NCBI GenBank assembly: GCA_030638335.1
Contig: DAOWET010000001.1
Coordinates: forward strand, 1-38,324
Direction: 5' to 3'
DNA length: 38,324 bases
DNA from: Nitrospirota bacterium
GTDB lineage: Bacteria; Nitrospirota; Thermodesulfovibrionia; Thermodesulfovibrionales; JdFR-86
Positions within the stretch are counted from its first letter, which is position 1, and each line of letters starts with the position of its first letter. This document shows, piece by piece, positions 24,726-34,844 of this stretch. The notes below the pieces were generated by a model. That model made no database searches. It saw only the letters and a program-made list of their open reading frames with translations, and was not told the DNA's origin. The position numbers and the translations under genes were made by a program.

Positions 24726-25477
24726 TGGATCACCTCCGCCACCGGCTTGACTATGACCCTGTTTGCGAACCTGAGGTCTATGTAGTCCACCTGTATGGGC
24801 CGTCTCCTTATCTCCTCGATAAGGTCAAAAAGCCTTGTGAGCTTCTGCTCATAGGAACCTTCCCCCACCTTTATCTCAAGGCCGTCTATCCTCACGGCAA
24901 GGTCCTTTGCATCTCCGTCAAGGCCCACGATCTCAACACTTCGAGCACGCTTTGCAATGCCCGCGTCGTTGATGACGGTTGCCAGACGCAGGGCCTCCCG
25001 GAACTCCTTCGTGTCCCTGGTGTCATAGGCCTCTATCACAGGGAGGAACCTCTCCTGTCTTCCAAGTATGCGGTCGAGCTCAATGCCCTCATCGTCAACT
25101 ATCAGGTAGCCGTTACTTCTTTTAAGCAGGGCCTGGGGCTGGCTCTCCTCCACCCTCACCACAAGGGTGTGCGGCAGTTCCTTGCGTATGCTCACCCGCC
25201 TTATCCACGCGGATGAGTGCAGCCTGTCATAGAGCCTCTCGGTGGAGAGCAGCAGCAGGTTCTCCTTGCCCGTGACCCTCATCAGCGCCATAAGCTCTGC
25301 ATCCGACAGATGCTGGTTGCCGTGGATCTCCACACGCCTCAGCTCGAACACGTCGCTTGCGGCGAACATGTAGAGCCCGCCCACGGCCAGTCCCACTACG
25401 AACATCACCAGTACTGCCTTCATGCCAAGCACAAGCAGCCTTGCCTTGAGCCTGGACTGGGCATTCTTTTTCCTCAT
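24722..25477 (-). CDS. ftsQ: Cell division protein FtsQ/DivIB
   Basis: TM helix, POTRA-like region (IHGNQHLS...RKELPHTLVVRVEE) and YIDLRF. Start at 25477 overlaps the ddl stop. Confidence 0.9.
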   Translation of the reverse strand: MRKKNAQSRLKARLLVLGMKAVLVMFVVGLAVGGLYMFAASDVFELRRVEIHGNQHLSDAELMALMRVTGKENLLLLSTERLYDRLHSSAWIRRVSIRKELPHTLVVRVEESQPQALLKRSNGYLIVDDEGIELDRILGRQERFLPVIEAYDTRDTKEFREALRLATVINDAGIAKRARSVEIVGLDGDAKDLAVRIDGLEIKVGEGSYEQKLTRLFDLIEEIRRRPIQVDYIDLRFANRVIVKPVAEVIQ

Positions 25478-26394
25478 TTCATTTTCCTTTCGCCTGCTCG
25501 TCCGGCCAGAGCGTCTTTTACTATCTCCTCCAGAAGGGCCTTGAAATCCAGGCCCGACAGGGCGGCGATCTTCGGAAGCAGGCTCGTTTCCGTCATGCCA
25601 GGAATAGTGTTGACTTCCAGGGCGTAAATGTCGTTGCCATCCACCAGGAGGTCCACCCTCGTGGCACCGCCGCACCCAAGGGCGCGGTGGGCCGCAAGCC
25701 CGGCCTCCATGGCGAGCGCGTATGACCTTTCATCCATCTCCGGCGGCAGGATGTACTGTGTCTTGCCGGCCGTGTACTTTGCCTCGTAATCGTAAAATTC
25801 ATTTGTGGGCCTGACCTCAACGCCACCAAGGGCGCGCTCGCCAAGCACTCCTATCTGCACTTCCTTGCCCTTTATGTACCGCTCCACGAGCGCTGGGCCC
25901 TCATACTCAAGCGCAGCCTCGAGCGCGTCTTTTAGCTCTTCCTTTTGGGTAACGATAAATACCCCTATGCTTGAGCCCTCGCGCGAGGGTTTCACGACAA
26001 CGGGCAAGGGCATCTTTACTTTCTCATCCATCGAGCTTATGACCTCATACCCGGGCACCTTGATCCCTGCGCGCTCGAACAGTGTCTTTGAGAACACCTT
26101 GTCCATGGCGACAGCTGAGGCAAGCACACCCGAGCCCGTGTATGGGATGCCCATGACCTCCAAGAGCCCCTGCACCGAGCCGTCCTCTCCCGTGCCTCCG
26201 TGAAGCGCGATAAAGGCAAGCTCCACACGCTCTTGCCTGAGCCTTGCGCAGAGGTCCGCCCCCACGTCTATGTCCACGACATCGTATCCAAGCTCCCTCA
26301 GGGCTCCGGATACGGCGGCACCGCTCTTAAGAGAGACCTCCCTTTCCGCAGAAGTCCCACCAAGAAGCACTCCTATGCGAAGGCCGTCTTTCAT
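25474..26394 (-). CDS. ddl: D-alanine--D-alanine ligase
   Basis: GGTSAEREVSL, LHGGTGEDG, EGSSIG, FYDYEAKY and EVNTIPG. Confidence 0.97.
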   Translation of the reverse strand: MKDGLRIGVLLGGTSAEREVSLKSGAAVSGALRELGYDVVDIDVGADLCARLRQERVELAFIALHGGTGEDGSVQGLLEVMGIPYTGSGVLASAVAMDKVFSKTLFERAGIKVPGYEVISSMDEKVKMPLPVVVKPSREGSSIGVFIVTQKEELKDALEAALEYEGPALVERYIKGKEVQIGVLGERALGGVEVRPTNEFYDYEAKYTAGKTQYILPPEMDERSYALAMEAGLAAHRALGCGGATRVDLLVDGNDIYALEVNTIPGMTETSLLPKIAALSGLDFKALLEEIVKDALAGRAGERKMK

Positions 26395-27329
26395 TTACCT
26401 ATCACCCTTATCTCAGGATCCAGCCTGATGCCGTGGACCTCTTTCACTTTTCCAGCCACAGCATCCATGAGGATCATGAAACTGCCGGCACTGCCCCTGC
26501 CCCTGTTTATGAAAAAGTTCGCATGAAGCCTGCTCACGACTATCCCCTTCTCCTCCATGGACTTGCACCCGGCGCTATCGATGAGTTCCCCGGCCGATTT
26601 CCCTTCCGGGTTCTTGAACACACACCCTGCGCTTCTCTCGCCAACCGGCTGCGCGGACTGCTTGCGCCTCAGGAACCCATCCATACGCTTTGCCACATCG
26701 GCCGGGTCGTCACTCCTCAGGCAAAGCGTGACCTCCGTCACCACGCCGGCCCCGGAAAGAGAACTCCCCCTGTACACAAAGCCCGCGTCTTCCACACCAA
26801 GCTCACGTACCGTGCCGTCAAAGCCCACAAGCCTTATCATCTGCACAACGTCCTTTATCTCAGTGCCGTAAGAGCCCGCGTTTCCGGCAACAGCGCCCCC
26901 GAGCATGCCGGGAATGCCTGCCAGTGCCTCGATGCCGGAGAGGCCCTCGCGCCTGCAATATGCAAGCAGCTGCTGCAACCTCACTCCCGCCCCCGCGCGG
27001 ACCCTGACCTCAGCCCCTTCACCGCCGGTTGCCTCAAGCGACTTGAGCGCGCCCACATGGACCACAAGCCCGGGCACCCCTCCGTCCCGCACAAGCAGGT
27101 TCGTGCCGCCGCCAAGGGCGACAACCGGGGCCCCGCACTCCATGGCAGCCCTCATCACCCGCACAAGCACGTCTTCGCTCTCAGGCACGGCAAAGACCTC
27201 GGCCGGCCCGCCTATGCCAAGCGCGGTATGGCTGGCCATGGGCTCTCCGAACCTGACCCCCGCGGATGGGCCAAGTGCGCCAAGGGCATCTTTTAAAAAT
27301 CCGGCCTTACTCCCTGCCTTACCCATCAT
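26391..27329 (-). CDS. murB: UDP-N-acetylenolpyruvoylglucosamine reductase
   Basis: IGGPA, GGGTNLL, GIPG.LGGA..NAG, SAGCVFKNP and HANFFIN; start trimmed to ATG 27329. Confidence 0.93.
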   Translation of the reverse strand: MMGKAGSKAGFLKDALGALGPSAGVRFGEPMASHTALGIGGPAEVFAVPESEDVLVRVMRAAMECGAPVVALGGGTNLLVRDGGVPGLVVHVGALKSLEATGGEGAEVRVRAGAGVRLQQLLAYCRREGLSGIEALAGIPGMLGGAVAGNAGSYGTEIKDVVQMIRLVGFDGTVRELGVEDAGFVYRGSSLSGAGVVTEVTLCLRSDDPADVAKRMDGFLRRKQSAQPVGERSAGCVFKNPEGKSAGELIDSAGCKSMEEKGIVVSRLHANFFINRGRGSAGSFMILMDAVAGKVKEVHGIRLDPEIRVIGK

Positions 27330-28686
27330 TAAGCTTCCTGACAATGTCCTCTCCAGCCTTCCATACGTTGCCCGCCCCGAGGGTAAGCACCATGTCACCT
27401 TGCTTTGCCTTTTGGCAGACCATCTGCACAGCCTCTTGCATCGAGGTCGCATATTCCACAAGCCCCTTGTCCATTTGTGCGGCAAGGGCCTTTGAGTCCA
27501 CACCCTCAATGGGCTGTTCGCTTGCAGCGTAGATATCAAGCAGCACCACCTTGTCGGCCGACCCGAAGCTCTGCGCGAACTCATCCATGAGGTCCTGGGT
27601 GCGCGAATATCGGTGGGGCTGGAACACGACAATGAGCCTGCCGCCGGAGAAGGCTCCGCGCGCGGCCTCAAGCGTGGCCGTTATTTCCGTAGGGTGGTGT
27701 CCGTAGTCGTCATAGACCCGTACTCCATGGCCCTCACCCTTGAACTCCATCCTGCGCTGTATGCCCTCGAACCCTTTAAGCGCCTCGCGGATCTTCTCCA
27801 CCGGCACCTTAAGCTCCATGGACACGGCTATGGTGGCAAGGCAGTTAAGCACGCTGTGCCTGCCAGGCACCGGAAGCTCAAAGCGGCCAATGGACACGCC
27901 CCTTAGGAAGGCTTCAAAACTCTGCTTCATGAAACCCTGCTCCACGTTAGCGGCCCTGAGTTCCGCGTCTTCAGAGAAACCATATGTCAAAAGTTTTCTG
28001 TGCACCTCAGGCACAAGGTCCTTGACGTTGGGGTCGTCCACGCAGACCACCGAGAGCCCATAGAAGGGCACGTTGTTCATAAAGGTCAGGAAGGCCTCCT
28101 TCAGCGTGTCCATGTCCCTGAAGTAATCCATATGCTCCCTGTCAATGTTCGTGACTATTCCCACCGTGGGGTTCAGCTTCAGGAAGGAGCCGTCAGACTC
28201 GTCAGCCTCGGCCACGAGGAACTCACCGCTTCCAAGCACCGCGTTGGTGCCCAGGGCCTTGAGTTTCCCGCCGATGACCACCGTCGGGTCCAGGCCGGCA
28301 TGTGCAAGGATGGTGGACAGCAGGCTCGTGGTCGTGGTCTTCCCGTGGGAGCCGGCCACAAGCAGCGAGTACTTGAGCCTTCCTAGCTCCGCAAGCATCT
28401 CCGCCCGCGGTATGACCGGTATGTGCCTCTTTGCGGCCTCCACCACCTCGGGGTTGTCGTCCTTTACGGCAGAGGAGACAACCACCACATGGGCCCCCTC
28501 CACGTTGAGCGCTTCATGGCCAATATGCACCTTGATACCAAGCCCCGCAAGCCTTTCGGTCGTGGCGGTGGCGCGGATGTCCGAGCCCGTGACCTCGTAG
28601 CCAAGGTTCTTAAGCACCTCTGCTATGCCGCTCATGCCTATGCCGCCTATGCCTATAAAATGTATGACCTTGTATCTCTCAAACAT
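27319..28686 (-). CDS. murC: UDP-N-acetylmuramate--L-alanine ligase
   Basis: GIGGIGMSG, GSHGKTTT, EADESD, DDYGHHPTE and FQPHRYSRT. Confidence 0.98.
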   Translation of the reverse strand: MFERYKVIHFIGIGGIGMSGIAEVLKNLGYEVTGSDIRATATTERLAGLGIKVHIGHEALNVEGAHVVVVSSAVKDDNPEVVEAAKRHIPVIPRAEMLAELGRLKYSLLVAGSHGKTTTTSLLSTILAHAGLDPTVVIGGKLKALGTNAVLGSGEFLVAEADESDGSFLKLNPTVGIVTNIDREHMDYFRDMDTLKEAFLTFMNNVPFYGLSVVCVDDPNVKDLVPEVHRKLLTYGFSEDAELRAANVEQGFMKQSFEAFLRGVSIGRFELPVPGRHSVLNCLATIAVSMELKVPVEKIREALKGFEGIQRRMEFKGEGHGVRVYDDYGHHPTEITATLEAARGAFSGGRLIVVFQPHRYSRTQDLMDEFAQSFGSADKVVLLDIYAASEQPIEGVDSKALAAQMDKGLVEYATSMQEAVQMVCQKAKQGDMVLTLGAGNVWKAGEDIVRKLNDG

Positions 28687-29785
28687 CGTTTTTCCCCTTC
28701 TTGACCAGGCTTATCGCAAGATCAACAACTTTTGAGGACGCGTCCACACGCCCAAGGCCGCGCGCCGCCCTTCTCATCTCGCCCCTCAACTCCTCCGAGC
28801 CGTACAGCTTCCTGATCTCGGCCGCAAGCACCCCGCCCTCAAGCTCCCTGTCCGGGATATGTATGCACGCCCCGGCATCACTGAGCCTCTGGGCGTTGTA
28901 TGACTGGTGACCCCCGGCATAAGGATATGGGATGATGATCGCCGGGCGGCCAAGGGTCGTGATCTCCGCAAGGGAGGTCGCCCCGGCCCTGGATACCACG
29001 ATATCCGCAACAGCGTAGGCCTCGGCCATCTCCCTGATAAAAGGCGCCGCCATTGCGCGGAAACCCATATTGAGGTAGGCCTTCCTGACGCGCTCAAAGG
29101 ACTGCTCCCCGCACTGGTGCACGAACTGTATGTGTTCCCTGATATCCAGCATCATCGTAAGCGCGCTCACAACAGCCTCGTTTATCCTCAGCGCCCCGGC
29201 ACTGCCCCCGATAACCAGCACGGTAATACGCTGGGGGTCGAGCCCGAAGAGCTCAAGGGCATGTTCCCTGCGCCCGGAAAGCACGCTTGCTCGCACCGGG
29301 TTCCCTGTCAGGTGGGTCTTGTGCCTCGGAAGGTCGGACATGCTGTCATAGTATGTGACCGCTATGATGTCAGCCACGTTTGCAAGCATCCGGTTGGCAA
29401 GACCAGGCACAAGGTTCTGCTCAAGGATAAGCGTTGGGATGCCCAGCATGCGCGCGGCCATCACCGGGGCGGCGGAAACATAGCCCCCGGTCCCGATAAC
29501 TATGTCAGGCCTTGTGGCGCGGAAGAACCTCAGCGAGCTCCATGTGGCAATCATGAGCCTGAACACGGACACCGCCTTCTGGAGAATTGATTTCCCAAGC
29601 ATGCCGCTTGCCTGCACAAAGCGTATAGGGTAACCAAGCTCCGGGATCACCCGTGCCTCAAGCCCCTGCTGTGTTCCCATGAACAGCACTTCGTTAAGCC
29701 CGTCCCTTTCCTTCAGTTCCTCCGCAACAGCCACCCCGGGGAACAGATGTCCGCCAGAGCCGCCTCCAGCTATGACTATCTTCAT
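28679..29785 (-). CDS. murG: Undecaprenyl-PP-MurNAc-pentapeptide GlcNAc transferase
   Basis: GGGSGGH, GTGGYVS, EQN..PG, GGSAGA and SRAGA. Confidence 0.97.
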   Translation of the reverse strand: MKIVIAGGGSGGHLFPGVAVAEELKERDGLNEVLFMGTQQGLEARVIPELGYPIRFVQASGMLGKSILQKAVSVFRLMIATWSSLRFFRATRPDIVIGTGGYVSAAPVMAARMLGIPTLILEQNLVPGLANRMLANVADIIAVTYYDSMSDLPRHKTHLTGNPVRASVLSGRREHALELFGLDPQRITVLVIGGSAGALRINEAVVSALTMMLDIREHIQFVHQCGEQSFERVRKAYLNMGFRAMAAPFIREMAEAYAVADIVVSRAGATSLAEITTLGRPAIIIPYPYAGGHQSYNAQRLSDAGACIHIPDRELEGGVLAAEIRKLYGSEELRGEMRRAARGLGRVDASSKVVDLAISLVKKGKNDV

Positions 29786-31026
29786 TTCTTCCGACCATAT
29801 ACGGCCCTCTTGGCCTTCTTGCGCTCTAGGATGTCAGTGAACTTGTCTTCCTTCTGAGCGATGTAGCTCTCGTTCCGCTGCGCGGAGCGGGAGTAGTTCA
29901 GAAGCAGCCCGACCGCGGTCATGTTCACGAGCATGGAGGAGCCCCCATAACTTATAAAGGGAAGCGGAAGCCCCTTTGTGGGGAGCAGCCCCGTGACCAC
30001 TGCCACGTTCACCAGGGCCTGCATCGCTATCATCAGCGAGAGCCCGTAGGCCATGTAGTACTCAAAGCTCCCTTCCTTCCACCTTCCAGAGACCATCAGG
30101 CCGCGCACGAAGATGAGAGAAAAGAGCATCAGGATGCCTATTGCCACTATCAGGCCAAGCTCCTCCCCCACCATCGAATAGATGAAGTCCGTATGCACCT
30201 CCGGGAGGAAATCCAGCTTCTGCCTGCTCTTGCCAAGGCCCCTTCCGGTGAGCCCCCCGCTTCCAAAAGCTATAAATGACTGCACCAGCTGGAACCCGCT
30301 GTCGTGGCGGTGCTGCCACGGGTCAAGGAACGTTACCACCCTCTGAAGCCTGTAGGGCTTCATCAGGAGCATTACCACCGCTGGCAGCCCAAGCACCAGA
30401 AGGGAAAACATATACCTTATCTTCACGCCCGAGATGAACAGTATCCCTACTGTAAGGGCGCCAAGGCTGATCGCCGCGCCGAAGTCAGGCTGGAGCAGGA
30501 ATATCATCTGGAAGACCAGCATAACGGACACCGGCATGAGGAAATACATGAACTGCGGGTCCACGCCCTTTTCCCCGGCCATGCGCCTGGCCCTGGAACC
30601 AGCCACCGCATTTTTAAATCCCTCCGAGGACAGGAACCACGCAAGGTACATCACCATGGCGAGCTTCACAAGCTCCGAGGGCTGGAAGGTGGAAGGCCAG
30701 AGCCTGAGCCAGCGCCGCGCTCCGCCCGCTTCCACGCCAAGGCCCGGCACGAAAACAAGCATCAGGAGCAGCATAGAGACCACAAGCACCGGCACCGGCA
30801 GGCGTTTGAGCGTCTCCTTGTCAAAGACAAAGGCCACCCACATGGCGGCAAAACTTATCAGGACAGTGAAGAGATGCTTCTTCAGGTAATGGAACTCGCT
30901 CACGTGCTTTTTGGCAAGGGTGGGCGTGATCACGGAGGTCGAGCTGTAGACCATCAGGACCCCCAGAAACACAAGGGTCAAGGTAGCAAGCAGCATCCAC
31001 CTGTCATATGTGCGTACCCCTATCAC
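29782..31026 (-). CDS. ftsW: Peptidoglycan polymerase FtsW
   Basis: GARRW, FQPSE, QPDFG, LPEVHTDFI and KGLPLPFISYGGSS. Confidence 0.97.
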   Translation of the reverse strand: MIGVRTYDRWMLLATLTLVFLGVLMVYSSTSVITPTLAKKHVSEFHYLKKHLFTVLISFAAMWVAFVFDKETLKRLPVPVLVVSMLLLMLVFVPGLGVEAGGARRWLRLWPSTFQPSELVKLAMVMYLAWFLSSEGFKNAVAGSRARRMAGEKGVDPQFMYFLMPVSVMLVFQMIFLLQPDFGAAISLGALTVGILFISGVKIRYMFSLLVLGLPAVVMLLMKPYRLQRVVTFLDPWQHRHDSGFQLVQSFIAFGSGGLTGRGLGKSRQKLDFLPEVHTDFIYSMVGEELGLIVAIGILMLFSLIFVRGLMVSGRWKEGSFEYYMAYGLSLMIAMQALVNVAVVTGLLPTKGLPLPFISYGGSSMLVNMTAVGLLLNYSRSAQRNESYIAQKEDKFTDILERKKAKRAVYGRKK

Positions 31027-32378
31027 AGCGCCCTCACCGCCTCCTTGAACCTCCTGCCCCGCTCTTCAAAATCCCTGAACATGTCAAAACTCGCGCAGGC
31101 CGGAGACAGGAGCACAGCGTCCCCCGGACTGGCCAGCCACGATGCCATTCGTACCGCCTCGTCCATGTCAACCGCATACTCGCACCTTGTGTTGCCGGAA
31201 AGGGCCGCTCCCATCTTCTGCGCGGCCTCTCCTATCAGGACCATGGCCCTGCATCTGGCGTCCACCACCTCTTTAAGCGGAGAAAAATCAGAGCCCTTGT
31301 CCCTGCCGCCTGCTATGAGAACGACCTTCTGATTACTAAACCCCTCAAGGCTCTTCATGACCGCATCCACGTTCGTGCCCTTTGAATCGTTTAAGTAACT
31401 CACTCCCTCGGCCTCGCGCACGAACTCCACCCTGTGCTCAAGGCCAGGGAATTCCCGAAGGGCCTCTGCTATTTCCGCAGGAAGGCAGCCCGAGCTTATG
31501 GCAAGCAGTGAGGCTGCCATTGCGTTTTCAAGGTTGTGCACTCCCTTTATGCGGATATCCTCACAGGCAATAAGAGCGCCGTCGTGCTCGCCTCCGGTGT
31601 TCAGATAAAGATGTCCGTCCCTGACAAAACACCCCCTGACCTCACCGGCCCTGCTGAAATAAAGCACCTCACGCCCCGGCACATCCTTTATATGGCGGTC
31701 CTTGAGGCTGGCGCATCCCGGGTCGTCCGCGTTCAGCACAAGCACGTCCCCTTCTGACTGGTTCCTGCATATCTCCGCCTTTGCCGCCATGTACCCCTCC
31801 ATCGAGTCATAGCGGTCCAGGTGGTCGGGCGTTACGTTTAAAACCGCAGCCCCCTGAGCGTGGAACCGGTCTATGGTCTCAAGCTGGAAGCTCGAGACCT
31901 CCACCACGACACAGTCCGCGCTCTCCCCGGCGGCTGCTTCAGCCGACAGCGGTTTTCCGATATTCCCGCCCAGGAGGCATTTGCGTCCAGAACTCTCTAT
32001 CATCAAGGCAAGGAGGCTCACCACAGTGGACTTCCCGTTGGTCCCGGTTACGGCATGGAAGGGCGTGTGCTCAAAGGCGCGCCAGGCGAGTTCAAGCTCG
32101 CCGATGACCTCTACCCCCCCTTTGCGCGCACGGCTCACGGGGTCAATGTCAGAGGGCACGCCGGGGCTCATCACAACGAGCTCCGCGCCTTCAATAAGGC
32201 CGTCGGGGTGCCCGCCAAGGGCAAGGCGCACCGAGGGCTCAAGCCCTTTTACCGCATCCCTGAGCTCTGCCTCTGCCTTCATGTCAGTGACCACCACCTG
32301 CCGCCCCTGGCGGACAAGCAGGTTTGCAGCCCCAACGCCGCTTCTTGCAAGACCAACTACCACTGAGTAACCTCCCAC
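31023..32378 (-). CDS. murD: UDP-MurNAc-L-Ala--D-glutamate ligase
   Basis: GLARSG, TGTNGKST, EVSSFQL, DHLDRY, NDSKGTN and SPACASFD; alternative GTG start at 32363. Confidence 0.97.
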   Translation of the reverse strand: MGGYSVVVGLARSGVGAANLLVRQGRQVVVTDMKAEAELRDAVKGLEPSVRLALGGHPDGLIEGAELVVMSPGVPSDIDPVSRARKGGVEVIGELELAWRAFEHTPFHAVTGTNGKSTVVSLLALMIESSGRKCLLGGNIGKPLSAEAAAGESADCVVVEVSSFQLETIDRFHAQGAAVLNVTPDHLDRYDSMEGYMAAKAEICRNQSEGDVLVLNADDPGCASLKDRHIKDVPGREVLYFSRAGEVRGCFVRDGHLYLNTGGEHDGALIACEDIRIKGVHNLENAMAASLLAISSGCLPAEIAEALREFPGLEHRVEFVREAEGVSYLNDSKGTNVDAVMKSLEGFSNQKVVLIAGGRDKGSDFSPLKEVVDARCRAMVLIGEAAQKMGAALSGNTRCEYAVDMDEAVRMASWLASPGDAVLLSPACASFDMFRDFEERGRRFKEAVRAL

Positions 32379-32382
32379 CTTC

Positions 32383-33465
32383 CTACCTCACCTTCAATGT
32401 GGCAAGGCTTAAAAGAGCAAGTACTATTCCCACGATCCAGAAACGCACAATGACCTTTGACTCTGGCCAGCCCTTGAGCTCGAAATGGTGGTGCAGGGGG
32501 GCCATAAGGAATATCCTCTTTCCAGTGAGCTTGAACGAGGCCACCTGCAAGATGACCGAGAGGGTCTCCGCAACGAATACCCCTCCCACAAGGGCAAGCA
32601 CTATCTCCTGTTTTGAGATAACTGCCAGCGTACCAAGCGCCCCGCCAAGACCTAAAGAGCCCACGTCTCCCATGAAGACCTCGGCCGGATGGCTGTTGTA
32701 CCAGAGGAAGCCGAGGGCCGAACCGAACATGGCCCCGCAGAAGATGGCAAGCTCTCCGGTATGTGGCAGGTACAGGAGCTGAAGGTAATCGGCAAGGCCC
32801 TTGTGTCCCGACATATAAATAAGCGCCCCGTTTGCAAGGGCCGCAACCGCAATAAGCCCGATGGCCAGCCCGTCGATCCCGTCCGTGAGGTTCACCGCGT
32901 TTGAGGAGCCCACGATGACCAGTACGATAAAGGGCAGATAGAACCAGCCCAGGTTAACGAGCCACTTCTTGAAAAATGGCACGCTGAGCATGGACGTGTA
33001 CTGGTCCAGATGGTTCGCGCTCAGGAAGAGCCCTATGCCAAGGGCGCATATGATCTGGAGCGAGAACTTCAGCCTCGAACTCAGCCCCTTGGAGTTCCTC
33101 CGGGATATCTTCAGGTAATCGTCCAGGAAGCCTATGCCTCCAAAGAGCCCCAGGGAGACCAGCATGATCTGCACATAGGTGTTTGAAAGGTCGCCCCACA
33201 GCAGCATTGACACAAAGATGGAAAGCAGAATTATCAGCCCGCCCATCGTGGGAGTGCCTTCCTTTGTCTTGTGGCCTTCGGGCCCGTCGTCCCGTATCTG
33301 CTGGGTCAGGCTCATGCCCCGGAGCCAGCGTATGATGACAGGGGCGAAAACAAAGGTGACCAGCATGGCGGTCAGCACCGCAAGCGCGCTCCTGAAGGTG
33401 ATATACCTGAAAACGTTAAACGGAAAATATACGCTATGAAGACTGTATAGGAATTTATATAGCAT
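32383..33465 (-). CDS. mraY: Phospho-N-acetylmuramoyl-pentapeptide transferase
   Basis: GTPTMGG, NAVNLTDGIDGL, FMGDVG and MAPLHHHFE. Confidence 0.98.
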   Translation of the reverse strand: MLYKFLYSLHSVYFPFNVFRYITFRSALAVLTAMLVTFVFAPVIIRWLRGMSLTQQIRDDGPEGHKTKEGTPTMGGLIILLSIFVSMLLWGDLSNTYVQIMLVSLGLFGGIGFLDDYLKISRRNSKGLSSRLKFSLQIICALGIGLFLSANHLDQYTSMLSVPFFKKWLVNLGWFYLPFIVLVIVGSSNAVNLTDGIDGLAIGLIAVAALANGALIYMSGHKGLADYLQLLYLPHTGELAIFCGAMFGSALGFLWYNSHPAEVFMGDVGSLGLGGALGTLAVISKQEIVLALVGGVFVAETLSVILQVASFKLTGKRIFLMAPLHHHFELKGWPESKVIVRFWIVGIVLALLSLATLKVR

Positions 33466-34844
33466 TAGCCGTTGCCTCCCCCTTCGGCGTTAAAGGCATA
33501 GCCGTTTACCTCCTTGAGCACGTTCTCCATCTTCATGCTCCTTGAGCCCTTTATAAGCACCGTATCTCCCTGCCCGAGCATCTGGCGCAGGAGCACCCCG
33601 GCACGGCTGGCGTCATCTGCGCAGACTGCCTCTCCGCCAGCCTTCTGGAACTCCTCGGCAGCGGCACGCATCTCCTTGCCCACTGCTATAAGAACATCCA
33701 CCTTCAGCTCTGCCATCCACCTGCCGAGCTTCCTGTGCGCTGTCTCTGAATAAAGCCCAAGTTCGAGCATGTCCCCAAGCACCGCTATCGCGCGTTTACC
33801 CCTCTGGCGGAGAAGCTCCTTTATGGCCTCCTCCATGGAAGAGGGGTTGGCGTTGTAGACATCGCTGATTATCGTGCTGCCGTTTATGTCCTTGAATTCC
33901 AGGCGCATGGGAAGGCCTTTAAAACCCTCAAGCCCGCCACTTACGTCCTCTGCGGAGAAACCGAACAGATACCCGGCCGAGGCAGCGGCCAGAGCGTTAT
34001 AGACATTGAACATGCCGCTCAGGCGAAGCCTTACAGGGGCATCCCCGTTTGGCATGTGCAGGTGGAAGCTTGTCTCCCTCTGTCCAAGGGCCACGTCAGA
34101 TGCGCGCACGTCAGCATCATCAGAGGTGCCAAAGCGAAGGAGGCTTCCTTTATATAGGGAGATCCCCTCCATCAGAAACTCGTCATCAGCGTTCACCGCT
34201 GCCGAGCCCACGGCCTCCAGAAGCTCCATCTTCGCCAGCCTCACCGAGGCTATGTCCCTGAAACCCTCTATGTGCGCATAGCCTATATTTGTGATTATCC
34301 CGAAATCGGGCTCCGCGATGCCGCAGAGCTCCCTTATGTCGCCAGGGGCGCTTGCGCCCATCTCAAGGACCGCAGCCTCGTGGTTCTCATCCATATCCAG
34401 CATGCTAAGCGGCAGCCCGATCTGGTTGTTGAGGTTCCCGGAGTTCTTGAGCACGCTTAGCCTGGTGGAAAGGATGGACGCTGACATCTCCTTTGTCGTG
34501 GTCTTGCCGTTTGTGCCCGTGATGCCCAGCACCTGTGGGTCGTACTTTATCCTTATATAGCGGGCGATATTCTGAAGCGCCTTTAACGTGTTGTCCACAT
34601 GTATCACGGTCTTGTTCGAAGGCGGTGCCACCGGGGGAATGCTCACGATGGCGCCGGCGCTTTTCTTAAGCGCATCGGCAACGAAATCGTGGCCGTCAAA
34701 ACGCTCGCCCTTTAGAGCCACGAAGAAATCCTTCTCTCCTATGGAGCGGGAGTCGATGGAGATGCCCTCAACGCCATTGTGCCTGCCAAAGAGGACCCTG
34801 CCCCCCGTGGCCTCAAGCACTTCTTCAAAGGTCAGCCGCTGCAT
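33465..34844 (-). CDS. murF: UDP-MurNAc-tripeptide--D-Ala-D-Ala ligase
   Basis: TGTNGKTTTKE, NLNNQIGLP, DVYNANP, GDMLELG and KGSR. Confidence 0.97.
   Translation of the reverse strand: MQRLTFEEVLEATGGRVLFGRHNGVEGISIDSRSIGEKDFFVALKGERFDGHDFVADALKKSAGAIVSIPPVAPPSNKTVIHVDNTLKALQNIARYIRIKYDPQVLGITGTNGKTTTKEMSASILSTRLSVLKNSGNLNNQIGLPLSMLDMDENHEAAVLEMGASAPGDIRELCGIAEPDFGIITNIGYAHIEGFRDIASVRLAKMELLEAVGSAAVNADDEFLMEGISLYKGSLLRFGTSDDADVRASDVALGQRETSFHLHMPNGDAPVRLRLSGMFNVYNALAAASAGYLFGFSAEDVSGGLEGFKGLPMRLEFKDINGSTIISDVYNANPSSMEEAIKELLRQRGKRAIAVLGDMLELGLYSETAHRKLGRWMAELKVDVLIAVGKEMRAAAEEFQKAGGEAVCADDASRAGVLLRQMLGQGDTVLIKGSRSMKMENVLKEVNGYAFNAEGGGNG

Noticed and set aside
26391-27329. MurB with Cys in SAGCVFKNP instead of the catalytic Ser
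   Set aside because: The Cys variant occurs in other MurB proteins, so it is not novel.
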